NCBI GenBank assembly: GCA_017630405.1
Contig: JAGBVH010000024.1
Coordinates: 31,638-95,637 of the forward strand
DNA: 64,000 bases
DNA from: Alphaproteobacteria bacterium
Lineage (GTDB): Bacteria > Pseudomonadota > Alphaproteobacteria > Rs-D84
Direction: 5' to 3'
Shown here one piece after another: positions 37,401 through 46,475 of this stretch. A program made the translations under genes and the position numbers. The notes under the pieces are model-generated. The model was given only the letters and a program-made list of their open reading frames with translations. It did no database searches and was not told where the DNA came from. Within the stretch, counting starts at the first letter, position 1; the number at the start of each line of letters is the position of its first letter.

Positions 37401-39815
37401 AATTTGGCAGCAACCTTTAAGGCCGGCTCGTTGGATATCACAAATGGTGGCGATTTGAAGTTTGTTGCGGGTGGTGCAGAATATAATATTGCCCAGAATG
37501 TTAATGTTGCTGGTGATATTATTATGAGCGGTGACGCATTGACGGTTGTTAATGCCGGTGGTATTCTGACAGCAGCAGGCCTTGAAAATAATAATGTTTT
37601 GACCATTGATGCAACTGGCGGCATGAGTTTGGGCAGTGTTGTTAATAATTTTGGTACTTTGACACTGGATTCAAATGATAATTGGACTGCTTTGTCGGAT
37701 TTAACTGTTAATGCGGGCGCGGTGGCTTTGTATGGGGCTGGTATCCGTGGCGCAGAGGCAATCGATACAGATTTTGCATTGACACAAGGTACATCTGGTG
37801 TGCTGGCAAATGGTGTTAATGTTCGTGCCGAGGACTTTGTTATAGAGACTAATAACTTGGTTGTAGGTGAAGTTAATCAGAAATCTGGTTCAATGATAGT
37901 CAAGGCCACGAATGTTGATGTCGGTGGCAGTATTATGGCCCAGGATTTGACATTTGCGGTACCAAATCAGACCAATTGGATGAGTGTAAATGTCGGTGGT
38001 GATGTTTCTGGTGGAGTTGGATTCTTGGGTGTTGGCACAATGGGTGTTGGTGGTAACTATATCTTTGATTCTGGCAGTCAATTAAGCGCTGTTGTTTTAC
38101 CATACGCAGAGGGTGATGGAACGGGTGTTAACAACTATTGGTCAACAATCAGCCTTAACGAAGATGATACTTTGGGACAGATTACCAATGCCGAAGGCGG
38201 TAGTGCCTTGATTAGTATAGAGGGCACATTCAAGGGTGGTTCGGATTATACTGGTGCATCCGTTGTAAATGGTGCCGCTTTGGGTGAATCCCAGATTGGT
38301 ATTACATTAAAGGATGCGGTAAATCAGGGTACTGCAATTTGGTTGTTACATGCCAATGGCGGGGTTGAAAACTTTAGCGATTTGGAATTGTTGCGTAATT
38401 TGGATGTGCGCTATTGCAACGCAGATGGTTCTATTTGCTATGATTATTTGACTTCTTTGGATGATAAGAATTCTTCAGATGAGGATTTGCCAGCATATGT
38501 TTCTGTGCGTGATAATGATTTGGATGGGACTACGGACAGTTTGTATGTTGTGTTTGATCCAAGATTTGGCGGCCCAGTATTGGTTGAAAATATGAAGTTG
38601 CAGCCAATTGTTGCGCGTCAGCCAGATTCTACGGATGGCGAATATGTTTCCGCAGGTGCTTTGGATGCTTTGATTGCGGGGCAGTTGCAGGACAAGAAGT
38701 TCTATAACAAAACACCAATCGAAGTGATTCCATTGGCGTTTGAGGGTTCGGTAATGTCAAATGCAGCAAACGAACTGTATAATCGTATGGAATATTATGT
38801 TGAAACAGCGGATGGTGCACCTTTGGCGAACTTTAGCCATTTGTTCCAAGTGTATGAGGCTGAACAGGTCGCTGGTGTAATGTCCTTGAATGAACATACC
38901 GCGTTCCGTTCGTTTGAAGATCGTATGATGGATGAGTTTATCTGGCATCGCAATCGTAATCTGCGCAAGGCATGGTTGGATGTGGACTATGGTATGTCGT
39001 ATCAGAATATAAGCACCGGTACACATGCTGATGGTCATCGCTTTAGTGTTTCGGGTGGTTTTGACTGGCAGGATTCAGATACTGTTATTCTGGGATTGAC
39101 AGGGCGTGTATCACGTACGTCATCCAAGGCTTCTGATTCTGTAGATTTGAGTTATAGCACAAATGTTTTGGCGGGCCACAGCAGTGTTGAAGTGACCGAT
39201 ACGAATGTTGGATTGGGTGGTTATATGATGAAGACATTGGGTGATAAGACACGTCTTTATGGAAATGCGTTCTTGGATCTGCATATGTTTGATATCAATC
39301 GTGAACAGAACTTTGTGACCCCAATCGATGGTTCTGGGTCTGCGTTCAGTTTGATTTCCGAATGGGGATTGATGCATGATATCTTGAATCAGTATGTTGT
39401 TGGTAATATCTATGCGCGTGCTGGTTATAACTTTGGTTTTGATATAACCGAAGAAGTGACAGGTGGCGATTATATGCAACTTGAATCTGATGGCTATTTC
39501 GTTTTGACACCAGGTTATACTTTGATGGCGCAGAAGCGTATCTATCCATCAGCATGGTTCCAGATTCGTCCATATATGGCTTTGGGCGTTGAATATGATG
39601 TTATTGGTGGTCCAGACAAGGCAAGATATAAATTCGATGCCGCCAAGCATTATACAAACTATGATGTAGCTATTGATCCATTGTGGGCAAATATCGGTGG
39701 TGGTGTGGAATTCTTGTCAGCACATGGATTCCAGTTGGGTGTTGATTACCGTTATCAATACAACTCGGATATTCAGTTGCACAATATCAAGGTTTCTGGT
39801 TCATACAGATTCTGA
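34479..39815 (+). CDS. Type Va autotransporter adhesin with a very large passenger domain
   Basis: Signal peptide MMKKLISLICCLLPMGAVAG. About 1450 aa of Gly/Ser/Asn/Thr/Ala/Val-rich beta-helix-like passenger sequence. A C-terminal ~280-aa beta-barrel translocator ends ...NIKVSGSYRF. The track ORF starts at TTG 34461; ATG 34479 was preferred. Confidence 0.85.
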   Translation: MMKKLISLICCLLPMGAVAGVSYISPSETGGAVSTEQADWPAGSNNTVVVQEASGINAPGGLSFREMYAGQATDSGSALATEGVLYVNQLSGEGPFTVSSGGAVSLNALLSVLNNNELAFIGADNGAYDFTVGNMDVAQSGAVNVAAGSSLTVKNADDFAVYGTVTNSGNVEVVANSVVAGKLEAADGDMGLSAANGVFVAGVGTDADASVTISASGESQQNISGTDIEGGIISYGTVQNNGTGSVNLNSASGIYVLDGDADDDTGNLENNNVDGTLTVAGADGTGAAGALIVDGTINNSGNMNVSADSLLVKGGDSATGSIQNTGDLVVAVTNEANVGYGVNLSGMSADKKFDFTAGSLAFGQDASADMIQGMFSNDLNSYNLSVGGALDLSQSDVDIVNNSGNMSVGAGNVSVNNVSNAGQELKVVASGEAGGNVEVEGQVVGSAGSVTNVTAENELSVADAVSNQGTMTLSGTTVKLTSVSNSGADSDLTVSSSTEGGAVLVSGEVTNADGNMLVQAEDITFGAMVTNNSGTMTVKGSDSDNGAVAFESIDVAGGTVNIDALGGAVSFGGNAPSPVAEGAQADSQVAINVSGGVLNFGTNVRDVQSAENVNIDGGLYARENLMTEAGSVNVQSTMAGGASAFTLDAGSNDVVLGKVVADGSISGGDIIIDDATVKRGVTISADGLHAMGDVTVANSGSMLSLTANSLDIDGLLTVGEGNSLNLTAAQVYTGSVESHGKIMAATSLITADNGNVLFDGNLYMGVTDSYAAAGLFANGNTLTITTTGTDGYDISFGGAQIANGNTLTVSASGDVSFGTEMNNAGVVTMNADNASFAAVTNSGTTTVIVTEDITATGTIDNDKNLIMTAADFNLANVDNSDTLNINSLAGTVTMADVDNTSSMVVAGAKAIVAGDIENNAGVMNLNATESINGQSLAISGTGAKATLNTAKAEFANAVSVAGDMVQGATSGALNNLAATFKAGSLDITNGGDLKFVAGGAEYNIAQNVNVAGDIIMSGDALTVVNAGGILTAAGLENNNVLTIDATGGMSLGSVVNNFGTLTLDSNDNWTALSDLTVNAGAVALYGAGIRGAEAIDTDFALTQGTSGVLANGVNVRAEDFVIETNNLVVGEVNQKSGSMIVKATNVDVGGSIMAQDLTFAVPNQTNWMSVNVGGDVSGGVGFLGVGTMGVGGNYIFDSGSQLSAVVLPYAEGDGTGVNNYWSTISLNEDDTLGQITNAEGGSALISIEGTFKGGSDYTGASVVNGAALGESQIGITLKDAVNQGTAIWLLHANGGVENFSDLELLRNLDVRYCNADGSICYDYLTSLDDKNSSDEDLPAYVSVRDNDLDGTTDSLYVVFDPRFGGPVLVENMKLQPIVARQPDSTDGEYVSAGALDALIAGQLQDKKFYNKTPIEVIPLAFEGSVMSNAANELYNRMEYYVETADGAPLANFSHLFQVYEAEQVAGVMSLNEHTAFRSFEDRMMDEFIWHRNRNLRKAWLDVDYGMSYQNISTGTHADGHRFSVSGGFDWQDSDTVILGLTGRVSRTSSKASDSVDLSYSTNVLAGHSSVEVTDTNVGLGGYMMKTLGDKTRLYGNAFLDLHMFDINREQNFVTPIDGSGSAFSLISEWGLMHDILNQYVVGNIYARAGYNFGFDITEEVTGGDYMQLESDGYFVLTPGYTLMAQKRIYPSAWFQIRPYMALGVEYDVIGGPDKARYKFDAAKHYTNYDVAIDPLWANIGGGVEFLSAHGFQLGVDYRYQYNSDIQLHNIKVSGSYRF

Positions 39816-39817
39816 TA

Positions 39818-39850
39818 ATAGCCCCGCCGAAATGGCGGGGCTTTGTTTGG
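39818..39850 (+). terminator. Rho-independent terminator after the autotransporter gene
   Basis: ATAGCCCCGCC gaaat GGCGGGGCTTTGTTTGG. Confidence 0.65.
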
Positions 39851-39926
39851 GGTAAATTTTTCCTAGACAAATTGTATTCTTCATATGATATAATTTTTTT
39901 AGAAAACGAAAATAAAGGAGATGCAA

Positions 39927-40313
39927 ATGAAAAAGATTTCTTTGGTCGCATTGATGGGCGTGTTGTCTGTTGGCGCAGCATTGGCTGAGTTTCAGGCCCC
40001 AGCACCGATGGTTGCAACACATACAAATACCAAAGGCGGATTTGTCAGTGGTGATGAAGTTATCGTGACAGTAAAACAAGTTAATGAAATGCGTGATGAT
40101 GTGCCGGTTGTTGTCAAGGGACATATTGTTCAGCGTATGGGTGATGAAAAATATTTGTTTGAAGATTCTACTGGTTCTATTACTGTTGAAATCGATGATG
40201 AAGACTGGCGCGGTCAGACGATTACATCAACAGATACTGTAAAATTGACAGGTGAAGTTGATCGTGGTATTTTCAAAACAGAAATCGAAGTAGATTATGT
40301 TGAAAAAATCTAG
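39927..40313 (+). CDS. YgiW/YdeI (BOF, bacterial OB-fold) periplasmic stress protein
   Basis: Signal peptide. VKGHIVQRMGDEKYLFEDSTGSITVEIDDEDW...VKLTGEVDRGIFKTEIEVDYVEKI matches the YgiW OB-fold family. AAGGAG Shine-Dalgarno sits 6 nt upstream of ATG 39927. Confidence 0.7.
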   Translation: MKKISLVALMGVLSVGAALAEFQAPAPMVATHTNTKGGFVSGDEVIVTVKQVNEMRDDVPVVVKGHIVQRMGDEKYLFEDSTGSITVEIDDEDWRGQTITSTDTVKLTGEVDRGIFKTEIEVDYVEKI

Positions 40314-40412
40314 AATTTAATCGCCCGTTTGGGCGATTTTTTTAAGAATAGATACCAATACATATTGCGCGGTATATTGATAAAATAGATATGGTAAAAA
40401 TAGGAGAGAGAT

Positions 40413-41006
40413 ATGCCAAGCAAACAAACTATTAAAAACGCAAATGCGGCTTATACCAAGCGCATTTATGATAAAAGCATACCATTGCTAATTTTTGAAT
40501 CCATCGTATTGATTTTTGTCGCTGCATTTATGCTGATAAAGCCTATGGTGGCATTGGGGGCGATTACAGTGGTTTTTGGACTGACATTGGTCTTTATCGG
40601 ACTCTATAGAACGGTGGTAGGTTTTATAATATCTGGTATGCGTGGAGGGGGATGGTTGGATTTGTCCTTTGGTGTATTGGATGTCTTGGTCGGTATTTTG
40701 TTTTTGGTCTATCCAGTGGCAACTGCGGTTGGATTGGCCTATATATTTATCATATGGTTTTTTCTTAAGGCATTACAGGCGGTTATTTTTTCGATTAATA
40801 TGTGGCGTGCCAGAATAGGGCATTATGTGATTAATTTTATTGTGTCGGCGTTTTTATTGTTTTTGGCCGTAATGCTGCTGTTTTATCCGGCGGTTGGTGC
40901 GCTGTCGCTGGTGTATTATATGGCTGTAATGTTGCTGTTTTTTGCGGTGGCGGATCTGTATATGTACCTTGAATTTCGGCGTTTGCGTGGCTTTGACGCG
41001 GACTAG
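40413..41006 (+). CDS. HdeD-like (DUF308) integral membrane protein
   Basis: Six predicted TM helices with internally repeated short segments. Adjacent to the ygiW-like stress gene. Confidence 0.45.
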   Translation: MPSKQTIKNANAAYTKRIYDKSIPLLIFESIVLIFVAAFMLIKPMVALGAITVVFGLTLVFIGLYRTVVGFIISGMRGGGWLDLSFGVLDVLVGILFLVYPVATAVGLAYIFIIWFFLKALQAVIFSINMWRARIGHYVINFIVSAFLLFLAVMLLFYPAVGALSLVYYMAVMLLFFAVADLYMYLEFRRLRGFDAD

Positions 41007-41069
41007 GGTGGATAAAAAAGTAACACGGGCTTGAAATTTAGATATTTTTAATATAAAATACATGGCGTT

Positions 41070-41146
41070 GCGCCCTTAGCTCAGCTGGATAGAGCATCAG
41101 ATTTCTAATCTGCAGGTCACAGGTTCGAATCCTGTAGGGCGTGCCA
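41070..41146 (+). tRNA. tRNA-Arg (anticodon TCT), CCA encoded
   Basis: Cloverleaf: acceptor GCGCCCT/AGGGCGT, D-arm GCTC-AGCTGGATA-GAGC, anticodon loop TTTCTAA (U33, anticodon TCT, A37), T-arm ACAGG-TTCGAAT-CCTGT, discriminator G plus CCA. One mismatch at the top of the anticodon stem. Confidence 0.8.
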
Positions 41147-41329
41147 AGAATTCAACCGTCGCGAATGCGGCGGTTTAATTTTTGTTGTCACGACCTTGGA
41201 TGAGAACCTGTAGGTTCGAGCCGAAGGCGAAAGGGGCCCATAAAGCGTAAGCGTGTATGGGAATTTACAATCCTGTAGGGCGTGCCAGGAATTCAACCGT
41301 CGCGAATGCGGCGGTTTAATTTTTGTTGT
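41127..41329 (+). repeat. Two 61-62 nt direct repeats (41127..41188 and 41269..41329, 1 mismatch), each consisting of the tRNA-Arg 3' end plus ~42 nt of downstream sequence
   Basis: The sequence aatcctgtagggcgtgcca(a/g)gaattcaaccgtcgcgaatgcggcggtttaatttttgttgt occurs twice, separated by 80 nt. It resembles an att-site duplication at a tRNA integration target. Confidence 0.7.
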
Positions 41330-41422
41330 GGCGGAGCCTAATAGGAAAAAATACTTTATATGTTGGCTTTTTAGGAATTTATATGTTATGTTGATAGCGC
41401 AAACGATTATAAAAGGTCGATT

Positions 41423-42850
41423 ATGAAACTTGATTTAAATTGGAAATTTAATAAAAAAGTTCTGTGGGTTTGGTTGGTATTCCTTATTGTCTTATTGTTG
41501 GAATGTGCAATGAAGTGGACCTATGGCCAGTTTAAGCGAATAAATCTTGATGAAGTTGCTTTGGTGATACAGGTTGGTACGGGTGGCGTTGATGATAAAA
41601 TGCTGTGGGGTTTTATTAAACGTGTGATATTCCGTGCGGGTGGCTGGTCTGTTGCGTTGACAGCAATATACCAGATTTTTTATAACTATAAATTTGTAAG
41701 ATGTACTTTGTTTGCAATTGTATTTGGGATATTGGGAATGCGTTTCGCAACAACAAATGTTCAGTTGGGCAGTTTCTTTAATCGTACAACATCTGATTTT
41801 TATGAACGCGAGTATGTGAATCCGGAAAGCGTGAATATATCGTTCCCAAAGAAACGCAATGTGTTGATGATTGCATTGGAAAGTATTGAAAAATCGTACG
41901 GCGATACCAAGATGTTTGGCAAAAAGGGACTGACACCACATATTTCCAAATTACAAAAAAATCATGTGTCATTTGAACAATATGAAGAGTTGTCAGGGCT
42001 GACACATACTATTGCTGCTATTACTGGTATGACAACAGGACTGCCTATGTTTTACACCAGTTATAAAAATATAGAAAAAATGGTGGGGGCACATGGTATT
42101 GGTAGAATATTCAAGAAAAATGGATATCAAACTTATTCTTTCTTTCCTGCCAGTGGTAAATTTTCGTTAAAGGAAAACTTCCTTAGACGAATGGGCTTCG
42201 ATACGATTTATGATGGTGAAAAGTTATTATCCATGTTGGATTATGAATTGGATGTCAAGCCATTTGATGGAATCGATGATGGAACACTCTTTCGTATGAC
42301 TAAGCCGATGATAAAGGATATTATCAATGACAAAAAACCTTACTTTATCTTGATGGAAACGATTAATGTTCATTCCGAAGGTTATTTTACACAGGCCTGT
42401 CGTGATTTAGGTTTTAAGCAGGAAACATTAGAGGATATTATTAAATGTGAAGACAAAATTATTGCGGATTTTGTTAAATGGTTCCGTGCTCAGGATCCAA
42501 GTGCTGTTGTGATTTTGATTAATGATCATACTGCGCATTTGGCTATTGGCAGTTTGGAACAATTGGAAGGTCTTAAATCGCGTCCATTGGCAAATGCCTT
42601 TATTAATACAAATGTTTTTTACGGGACAAATGTAAAGCGACCTGTGGCGGCGTTTGACTTTTTTCCAACGATTATAGAGGCTGCGGGCGGAAAAATTGCC
42701 GGCTGTCGTTTGGGATTGGGGACTTCGTTGACTGCGTGGTGTAAAGGTGTCAAAACTTTGCGCGAGAAGTATGGTGATAAAGAGTTAGAGCGTTTGATGG
42801 AACAGAAAAACGATTTGTATTATAAACTTGCAACAGGAAAGGGTAAGTAA
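41423..42850 (+). CDS. Sulfatase-family membrane transferase (LTA synthase / phosphoethanolamine or phosphoglycerol transferase-like)
   Basis: N-terminal TM helices followed by NVLMIALESIEKSY (alkaline-phosphatase-superfamily metal-binding region). Markedly AT-rich codon usage. Immediately followed, with an ATG/TAA overlap, by dgkA; this is the eptA-dgkA-type arrangement. Confidence 0.6.
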   Translation: MKLDLNWKFNKKVLWVWLVFLIVLLLECAMKWTYGQFKRINLDEVALVIQVGTGGVDDKMLWGFIKRVIFRAGGWSVALTAIYQIFYNYKFVRCTLFAIVFGILGMRFATTNVQLGSFFNRTTSDFYEREYVNPESVNISFPKKRNVLMIALESIEKSYGDTKMFGKKGLTPHISKLQKNHVSFEQYEELSGLTHTIAAITGMTTGLPMFYTSYKNIEKMVGAHGIGRIFKKNGYQTYSFFPASGKFSLKENFLRRMGFDTIYDGEKLLSMLDYELDVKPFDGIDDGTLFRMTKPMIKDIINDKKPYFILMETINVHSEGYFTQACRDLGFKQETLEDIIKCEDKIIADFVKWFRAQDPSAVVILINDHTAHLAIGSLEQLEGLKSRPLANAFINTNVFYGTNVKRPVAAFDFFPTIIEAAGGKIAGCRLGLGTSLTAWCKGVKTLREKYGDKELERLMEQKNDLYYKLATGKGK

Positions 42851-43200
42851 TGAGGGTATTAAAAAGGCTTTATAAGGCGACATTGTATTCAATGGCTGGT
42901 TTGCGTACAGTCTTTCGCGATGAGGTTGCGTTTAAACAGGAATTATTGTTGCTTGCCTTGGGGTTTGGGGTGCTGCCGTTTTTAAATGTAGAAGCACTGA
43001 CAAAAGTATTATTGGGTTTTTCATTGGTGTCAATATTGATTGCGGAATTGATAAATACTGCAATTGAAAATGTCGTGGATAGAATTGGAACGGAATATCA
43101 CGAGTTATCTAAAAAGGCCAAGGATATTGGCAGTGCGTTGGTGTTTTTAACCATAGTTTGTGTCGCGATATTTTGGTGCCTTTTAATTTTGTATGTGTAA
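42850..43200 (+). CDS. dgkA: Diacylglycerol kinase
   Basis: MRVLKRLYKATLYSMAGLRTVFRDEVAFKQE...ELINTAIENVVDRIGTEYHELSKKAKDIGSALV aligns with E. coli DgkA along its length. Confidence 0.85.
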   Translation: MRVLKRLYKATLYSMAGLRTVFRDEVAFKQELLLLALGFGVLPFLNVEALTKVLLGFSLVSILIAELINTAIENVVDRIGTEYHELSKKAKDIGSALVFLTIVCVAIFWCLLILYV

Positions 43201-43202
43201 AA

Positions 43203-43240
43203 TAAAAATCCCCAAACTGGGGATTTTTATTTTACTTTTT
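43203..43240. terminator. Bidirectional terminator after dgkA
   Basis: AAAAATCCCCA aact GGGGATTTTTATTTTACTTTTTG. Confidence 0.65.
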
Positions 43241-43661
43241 GTTTTGACATTGTTGCTTTTATTTTTGCCTTTTGATGCTGGTATGATGTGTTGCGCAGAT
43301 GAATCAATGATGGAAAGGTTAACAATGTTTCTCCATTTGTCATAGGTACAAATTGATTTGTACGAACCATGGTGCCTGTTTTTTCAAATTCTGCTGCGAA
43401 ATCTGGTTCTACAAACAAGAATACGCAATCTGTGCCCCAGGACCAGCAATAGATGCCATTTTCATATGTTAAAACTGGTATGTTTAATTCTGTTGATAAT
43501 TTTGCTGCATTTATTACATCTTCGTGGGTTATGTGTTTGGCGGTACGGTTGCCCATTGCGTCAAAGCCAGATATATATGGCGTTCCAGCCTTGAAAGGGA
43601 TGTATTGGAAAACCTGTGGATTTAATTTTGCTACTTTTAAAAATGCTTCTTCTTTTTTCAT
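43227..43661 (-). CDS. Hypothetical protein
   Basis: 144-aa ORF ending in the bidirectional terminator. No recognisable motif. Confidence 0.4.
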   Translation of the reverse strand: MKKEEAFLKVAKLNPQVFQYIPFKAGTPYISGFDAMGNRTAKHITHEDVINAAKLSTELNIPVLTYENGIYCWSWGTDCVFLFVEPDFAAEFEKTGTMVRTNQFVPMTNGETLLTFPSLIHLRNTSYQHQKAKIKATMSKQKVK

Positions 43662-43788
43662 AACTTCTCCTTAAAGCATATATTTTGTAGCCCATTTTGT
43701 ACCGCTTTGTCAAGACTAGAAAAAGGTTCCTAGGGCAGAATAGATGTGAAAGTGATATTATTGTGTTTAAAGGAAAAAAGGAGATGAA

Positions 43789-44262
43789 ATGAAGAAGTTT
43801 TGGTTGTTTGTCTTGGCAATGGTAATTGCTTTTGTGCCGGGGATATTTGGGGTGTTCTTTACACCGGAAAATAGCGGGGATTTGTGGTATAATGCGTTGA
43901 ATAAGTCTGTGCTGACTCCAGTGGGCTGGGTCTTTGGTGTGGCGTGGACTATATTGTATGCGCTGTTGGGTATAGCGCTTTATTTGGTTATGCGTGCAGG
44001 TAAGGCGCGTCAATCCAAAGCTACTGCATATTTTTTATTTACATCTCAGATGTTTCTTAATTTGCTGTGGTCCTATTTGTTCTTTGGTGTACAACAGGTT
44101 GCAGCCGCGTTATTAGTTTTGGTGTTGCTGATAGGAATATCTGTATGGATGGCCAAAAGTTTCCGTGCGTTTAGCAAGGGGGCATCTTATATGGTGTGGC
44201 CATATATTATCTGGATGTGTTTTGCGTTATATTTAAATGGGACGATTTTGGTTTTGAATTAA
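43789..44262 (+). CDS. tspO: TspO/MBR (tryptophan-rich sensory protein) family membrane protein
   Basis: WYNALNKSVLTPVGWVFGVAWTILYALLGIALYLV, with five predicted TM helices and conserved Trp positions. Confidence 0.75.
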   Translation: MKKFWLFVLAMVIAFVPGIFGVFFTPENSGDLWYNALNKSVLTPVGWVFGVAWTILYALLGIALYLVMRAGKARQSKATAYFLFTSQMFLNLLWSYLFFGVQQVAAALLVLVLLIGISVWMAKSFRAFSKGASYMVWPYIIWMCFALYLNGTILVLN

Positions 44263-44594
44263 ATCTTTAATATTTTAGCCTTGGGGTCGCCAACATTAAG
44301 GTATTTTAGGCCAAGTTCTTCGATATAATCGGGACTTTGCGTTTGTAAAAGCTTAATATGTCGTTCAAGACTGTTAAGCTTTTTCTGTTCTTCGGCCAGA
44401 TGTGACTGTTCGTTTTCAAGTCGCCAAATGTTTACAATGAATCTTTGAATATTTACATCGCCGAAAAACATGCGGATAAACATAAATGCCGCAAACAGTG
44501 CAAACAAAATACCAAGTTTGCCATTGGCGCCGCCAGACCAAGCGCGCCCGATAAAGCCAAAGAAATTTTTGATTTTTTCCCTCATCGATGGCAT
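44259..44594 (-). CDS. FtsB/DivIC-like septum formation initiator
   Basis: Single TM helix, then a coiled coil (EQSHLAEEQKKLNSLERHIKLLQ), then SPDYIEELGLKYLNVGDP, resembling the FtsB C-terminus. Confidence 0.5.
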   Translation of the reverse strand: MPSMREKIKNFFGFIGRAWSGGANGKLGILFALFAAFMFIRMFFGDVNIQRFIVNIWRLENEQSHLAEEQKKLNSLERHIKLLQTQSPDYIEELGLKYLNVGDPKAKILKI

Positions 44595-44604
44595 TATATC
44601 ATAA

Positions 44605-45516
44605 ATGTTTAGTCAGAATCAAATTTTTGCTGCACCCCTTGCTGGGATTACAGATAAACCTTTTAGGCGACTGATTCGTCAGTTTTCGCCACATGCACCA
44701 ATGGTGACTGAAATGATTTCTTGTCATTCTTTGGTAGGGGCGCATAAAAATTGTTTACGGAATTTTGATAACTATGCTGATGAAGGTAATATTGGTGCCC
44801 AGATATTTGGTGCGGATGTCAGATTAATGGCCGAAGCCGCTAAAATCCTTGAAAATCAAGGCGCACAGTGGATTGATATTAATATGGGATGTCCTGTGCC
44901 AAAGGTTGCAACAAGGGCAGGTGCTGGTGCGCATTTGATGCGCGATCACAAGTTGGCGGGACAGATTATGTCCGCGGTTGTTGGGGCTGTAAAGATACCT
45001 GTTTCTATTAAGACAAGACTTGGCTGGGATGAACAACACAAGGATTGGCAGAACTTGATTCATATTGCGGCGGATAATGGTGTCCGATTCGCTGCGTTGC
45101 ATGGTCGCACGCGTGCGCAGTTGTATGTGGGACCTGCGGTATTGCCAGATGTACATGATGCACCAATTCCAATTATTGCCAATGGCGATATAAAAACAGC
45201 GGATGATTTGCTGCGTGTGGAACGGTTGGGTTTTTCTGGTGCTATGATTGGTCGCGGGTTGCTGGGGCGACCATGGGCATTGGCAGAAGCGCTGGGTGAT
45301 GTGACACAGAAAAACATAGGCGAAATCGTGTTGCAACATTTAGAGTATGCTTTGGAATATTATGGTGAAAAAACAGCGATCCCAATGTTTCGAAAACATG
45401 CGGCGTGGTACAGTGCGGGAATGCCTAATTCTGCGGAGTTCAGAATCAAAGTTAATCAGATAACAGATGCAGATGTCTTAAAGGTTGCAATTCGCGAATT
45501 TTGGGGTATCATTTAG
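44605..45516 (+). CDS. tRNA-dihydrouridine synthase
   Basis: FAAPLAGITDKPFRRLIRQFS... and IDINMGCPVPKV (catalytic Cys) in a TIM-barrel Dus signature. Confidence 0.85.
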   Translation: MFSQNQIFAAPLAGITDKPFRRLIRQFSPHAPMVTEMISCHSLVGAHKNCLRNFDNYADEGNIGAQIFGADVRLMAEAAKILENQGAQWIDINMGCPVPKVATRAGAGAHLMRDHKLAGQIMSAVVGAVKIPVSIKTRLGWDEQHKDWQNLIHIAADNGVRFAALHGRTRAQLYVGPAVLPDVHDAPIPIIANGDIKTADDLLRVERLGFSGAMIGRGLLGRPWALAEALGDVTQKNIGEIVLQHLEYALEYYGEKTAIPMFRKHAAWYSAGMPNSAEFRIKVNQITDADVLKVAIREFWGII

Positions 45517-45546
45517 GACAAATTATATAACAGGGGACGGTAAAAT

Positions 45547-46395
45547 ATGACAGAAAATATTGAAAATAGTGAAGTTGTTGTTGAAACACCTGTGGAATTG
45601 ACTGCGGGCGAGATGTTGCGTGCCGCGCGTACAACAGGTCGTCGTAAACGCGAAATTCCAACAATTTCAAAACAACTGTGTATTCGCGAAGAATTTTTAA
45701 CGGCATTGGAAGAAGGCAATTATTCTGTTATCCCAGAACCGGTTTATATCCTTGGGTTTGCGCGTAATTATGCGATGGAATTGGGGCTGAATCCTGATGA
45801 AATCGTTGCAAAGATTAAAAAGGAAATGGGTTTGGTTTCTGATTGTGCAGCTGATGACGATGAAGATGTTACTGCATGCGCGATGCCAAGCATCAAAGAA
45901 GAACACTGGGCCAAGATTTGGTTTGTAAAGGCGTATCAGTTTGTTTATCAGAATTGGATTTGGTTCTTGGGCGGATTGTTGGTTCTGATTTTTGCGATTG
46001 TTATGATTGTAAGTTTTTCTGGGGCAGGCGAATCTGATGCTAAAACAGAAGATGTAGTTGTTGTCGAAGAAACAATCAAAGAACCAGAATATAAAATCGC
46101 AGTTCGTGAACGTTTCGGAACAAATAATCGTGAAAAAGCAGATGTTATATTACAGGCAGTACAGGAATCTTGGGTGAAAATAGAAGATGCACGTGGCAAT
46201 ACTGTATTTAGTCGTGTATTGGTCCCAGGTGATGTTTATTATGTGCCTGCGGGTGATAAGTACAAGGCTACATTTGGTAATGCGGGTGGTATCGATATTT
46301 GGGTTAATGGTGTTTTGGCTCCAGATGCTGGGCCGGACCACACCAGAAAAACTGGTATATCCATGTCGCCGGATAGTTTGATGGCCAATAAGTAA
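45547..46395 (+). CDS. RodZ-like cytoskeleton protein (XRE-type HTH, TM segment, C-terminal DUF4115)
   Basis: N-terminal HTH (GEMLRAARTTGRRKREIPTISKQLCIREEFLTALEEGNY). One TM helix (WFLGGLLVLIFAIVMIV). C-terminal beta-rich domain. Confidence 0.6.
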   Translation: MTENIENSEVVVETPVELTAGEMLRAARTTGRRKREIPTISKQLCIREEFLTALEEGNYSVIPEPVYILGFARNYAMELGLNPDEIVAKIKKEMGLVSDCAADDDEDVTACAMPSIKEEHWAKIWFVKAYQFVYQNWIWFLGGLLVLIFAIVMIVSFSGAGESDAKTEDVVVVEETIKEPEYKIAVRERFGTNNREKADVILQAVQESWVKIEDARGNTVFSRVLVPGDVYYVPAGDKYKATFGNAGGIDIWVNGVLAPDAGPDHTRKTGISMSPDSLMANK

Positions 46396-46475
46396 AATGA
46401 AAATTACGAGGGGCGAAAGGAATCTTCGCCCCTTGTCTTGAAAAAGCAAATATTTAATCTATATTTTATCTTGCT

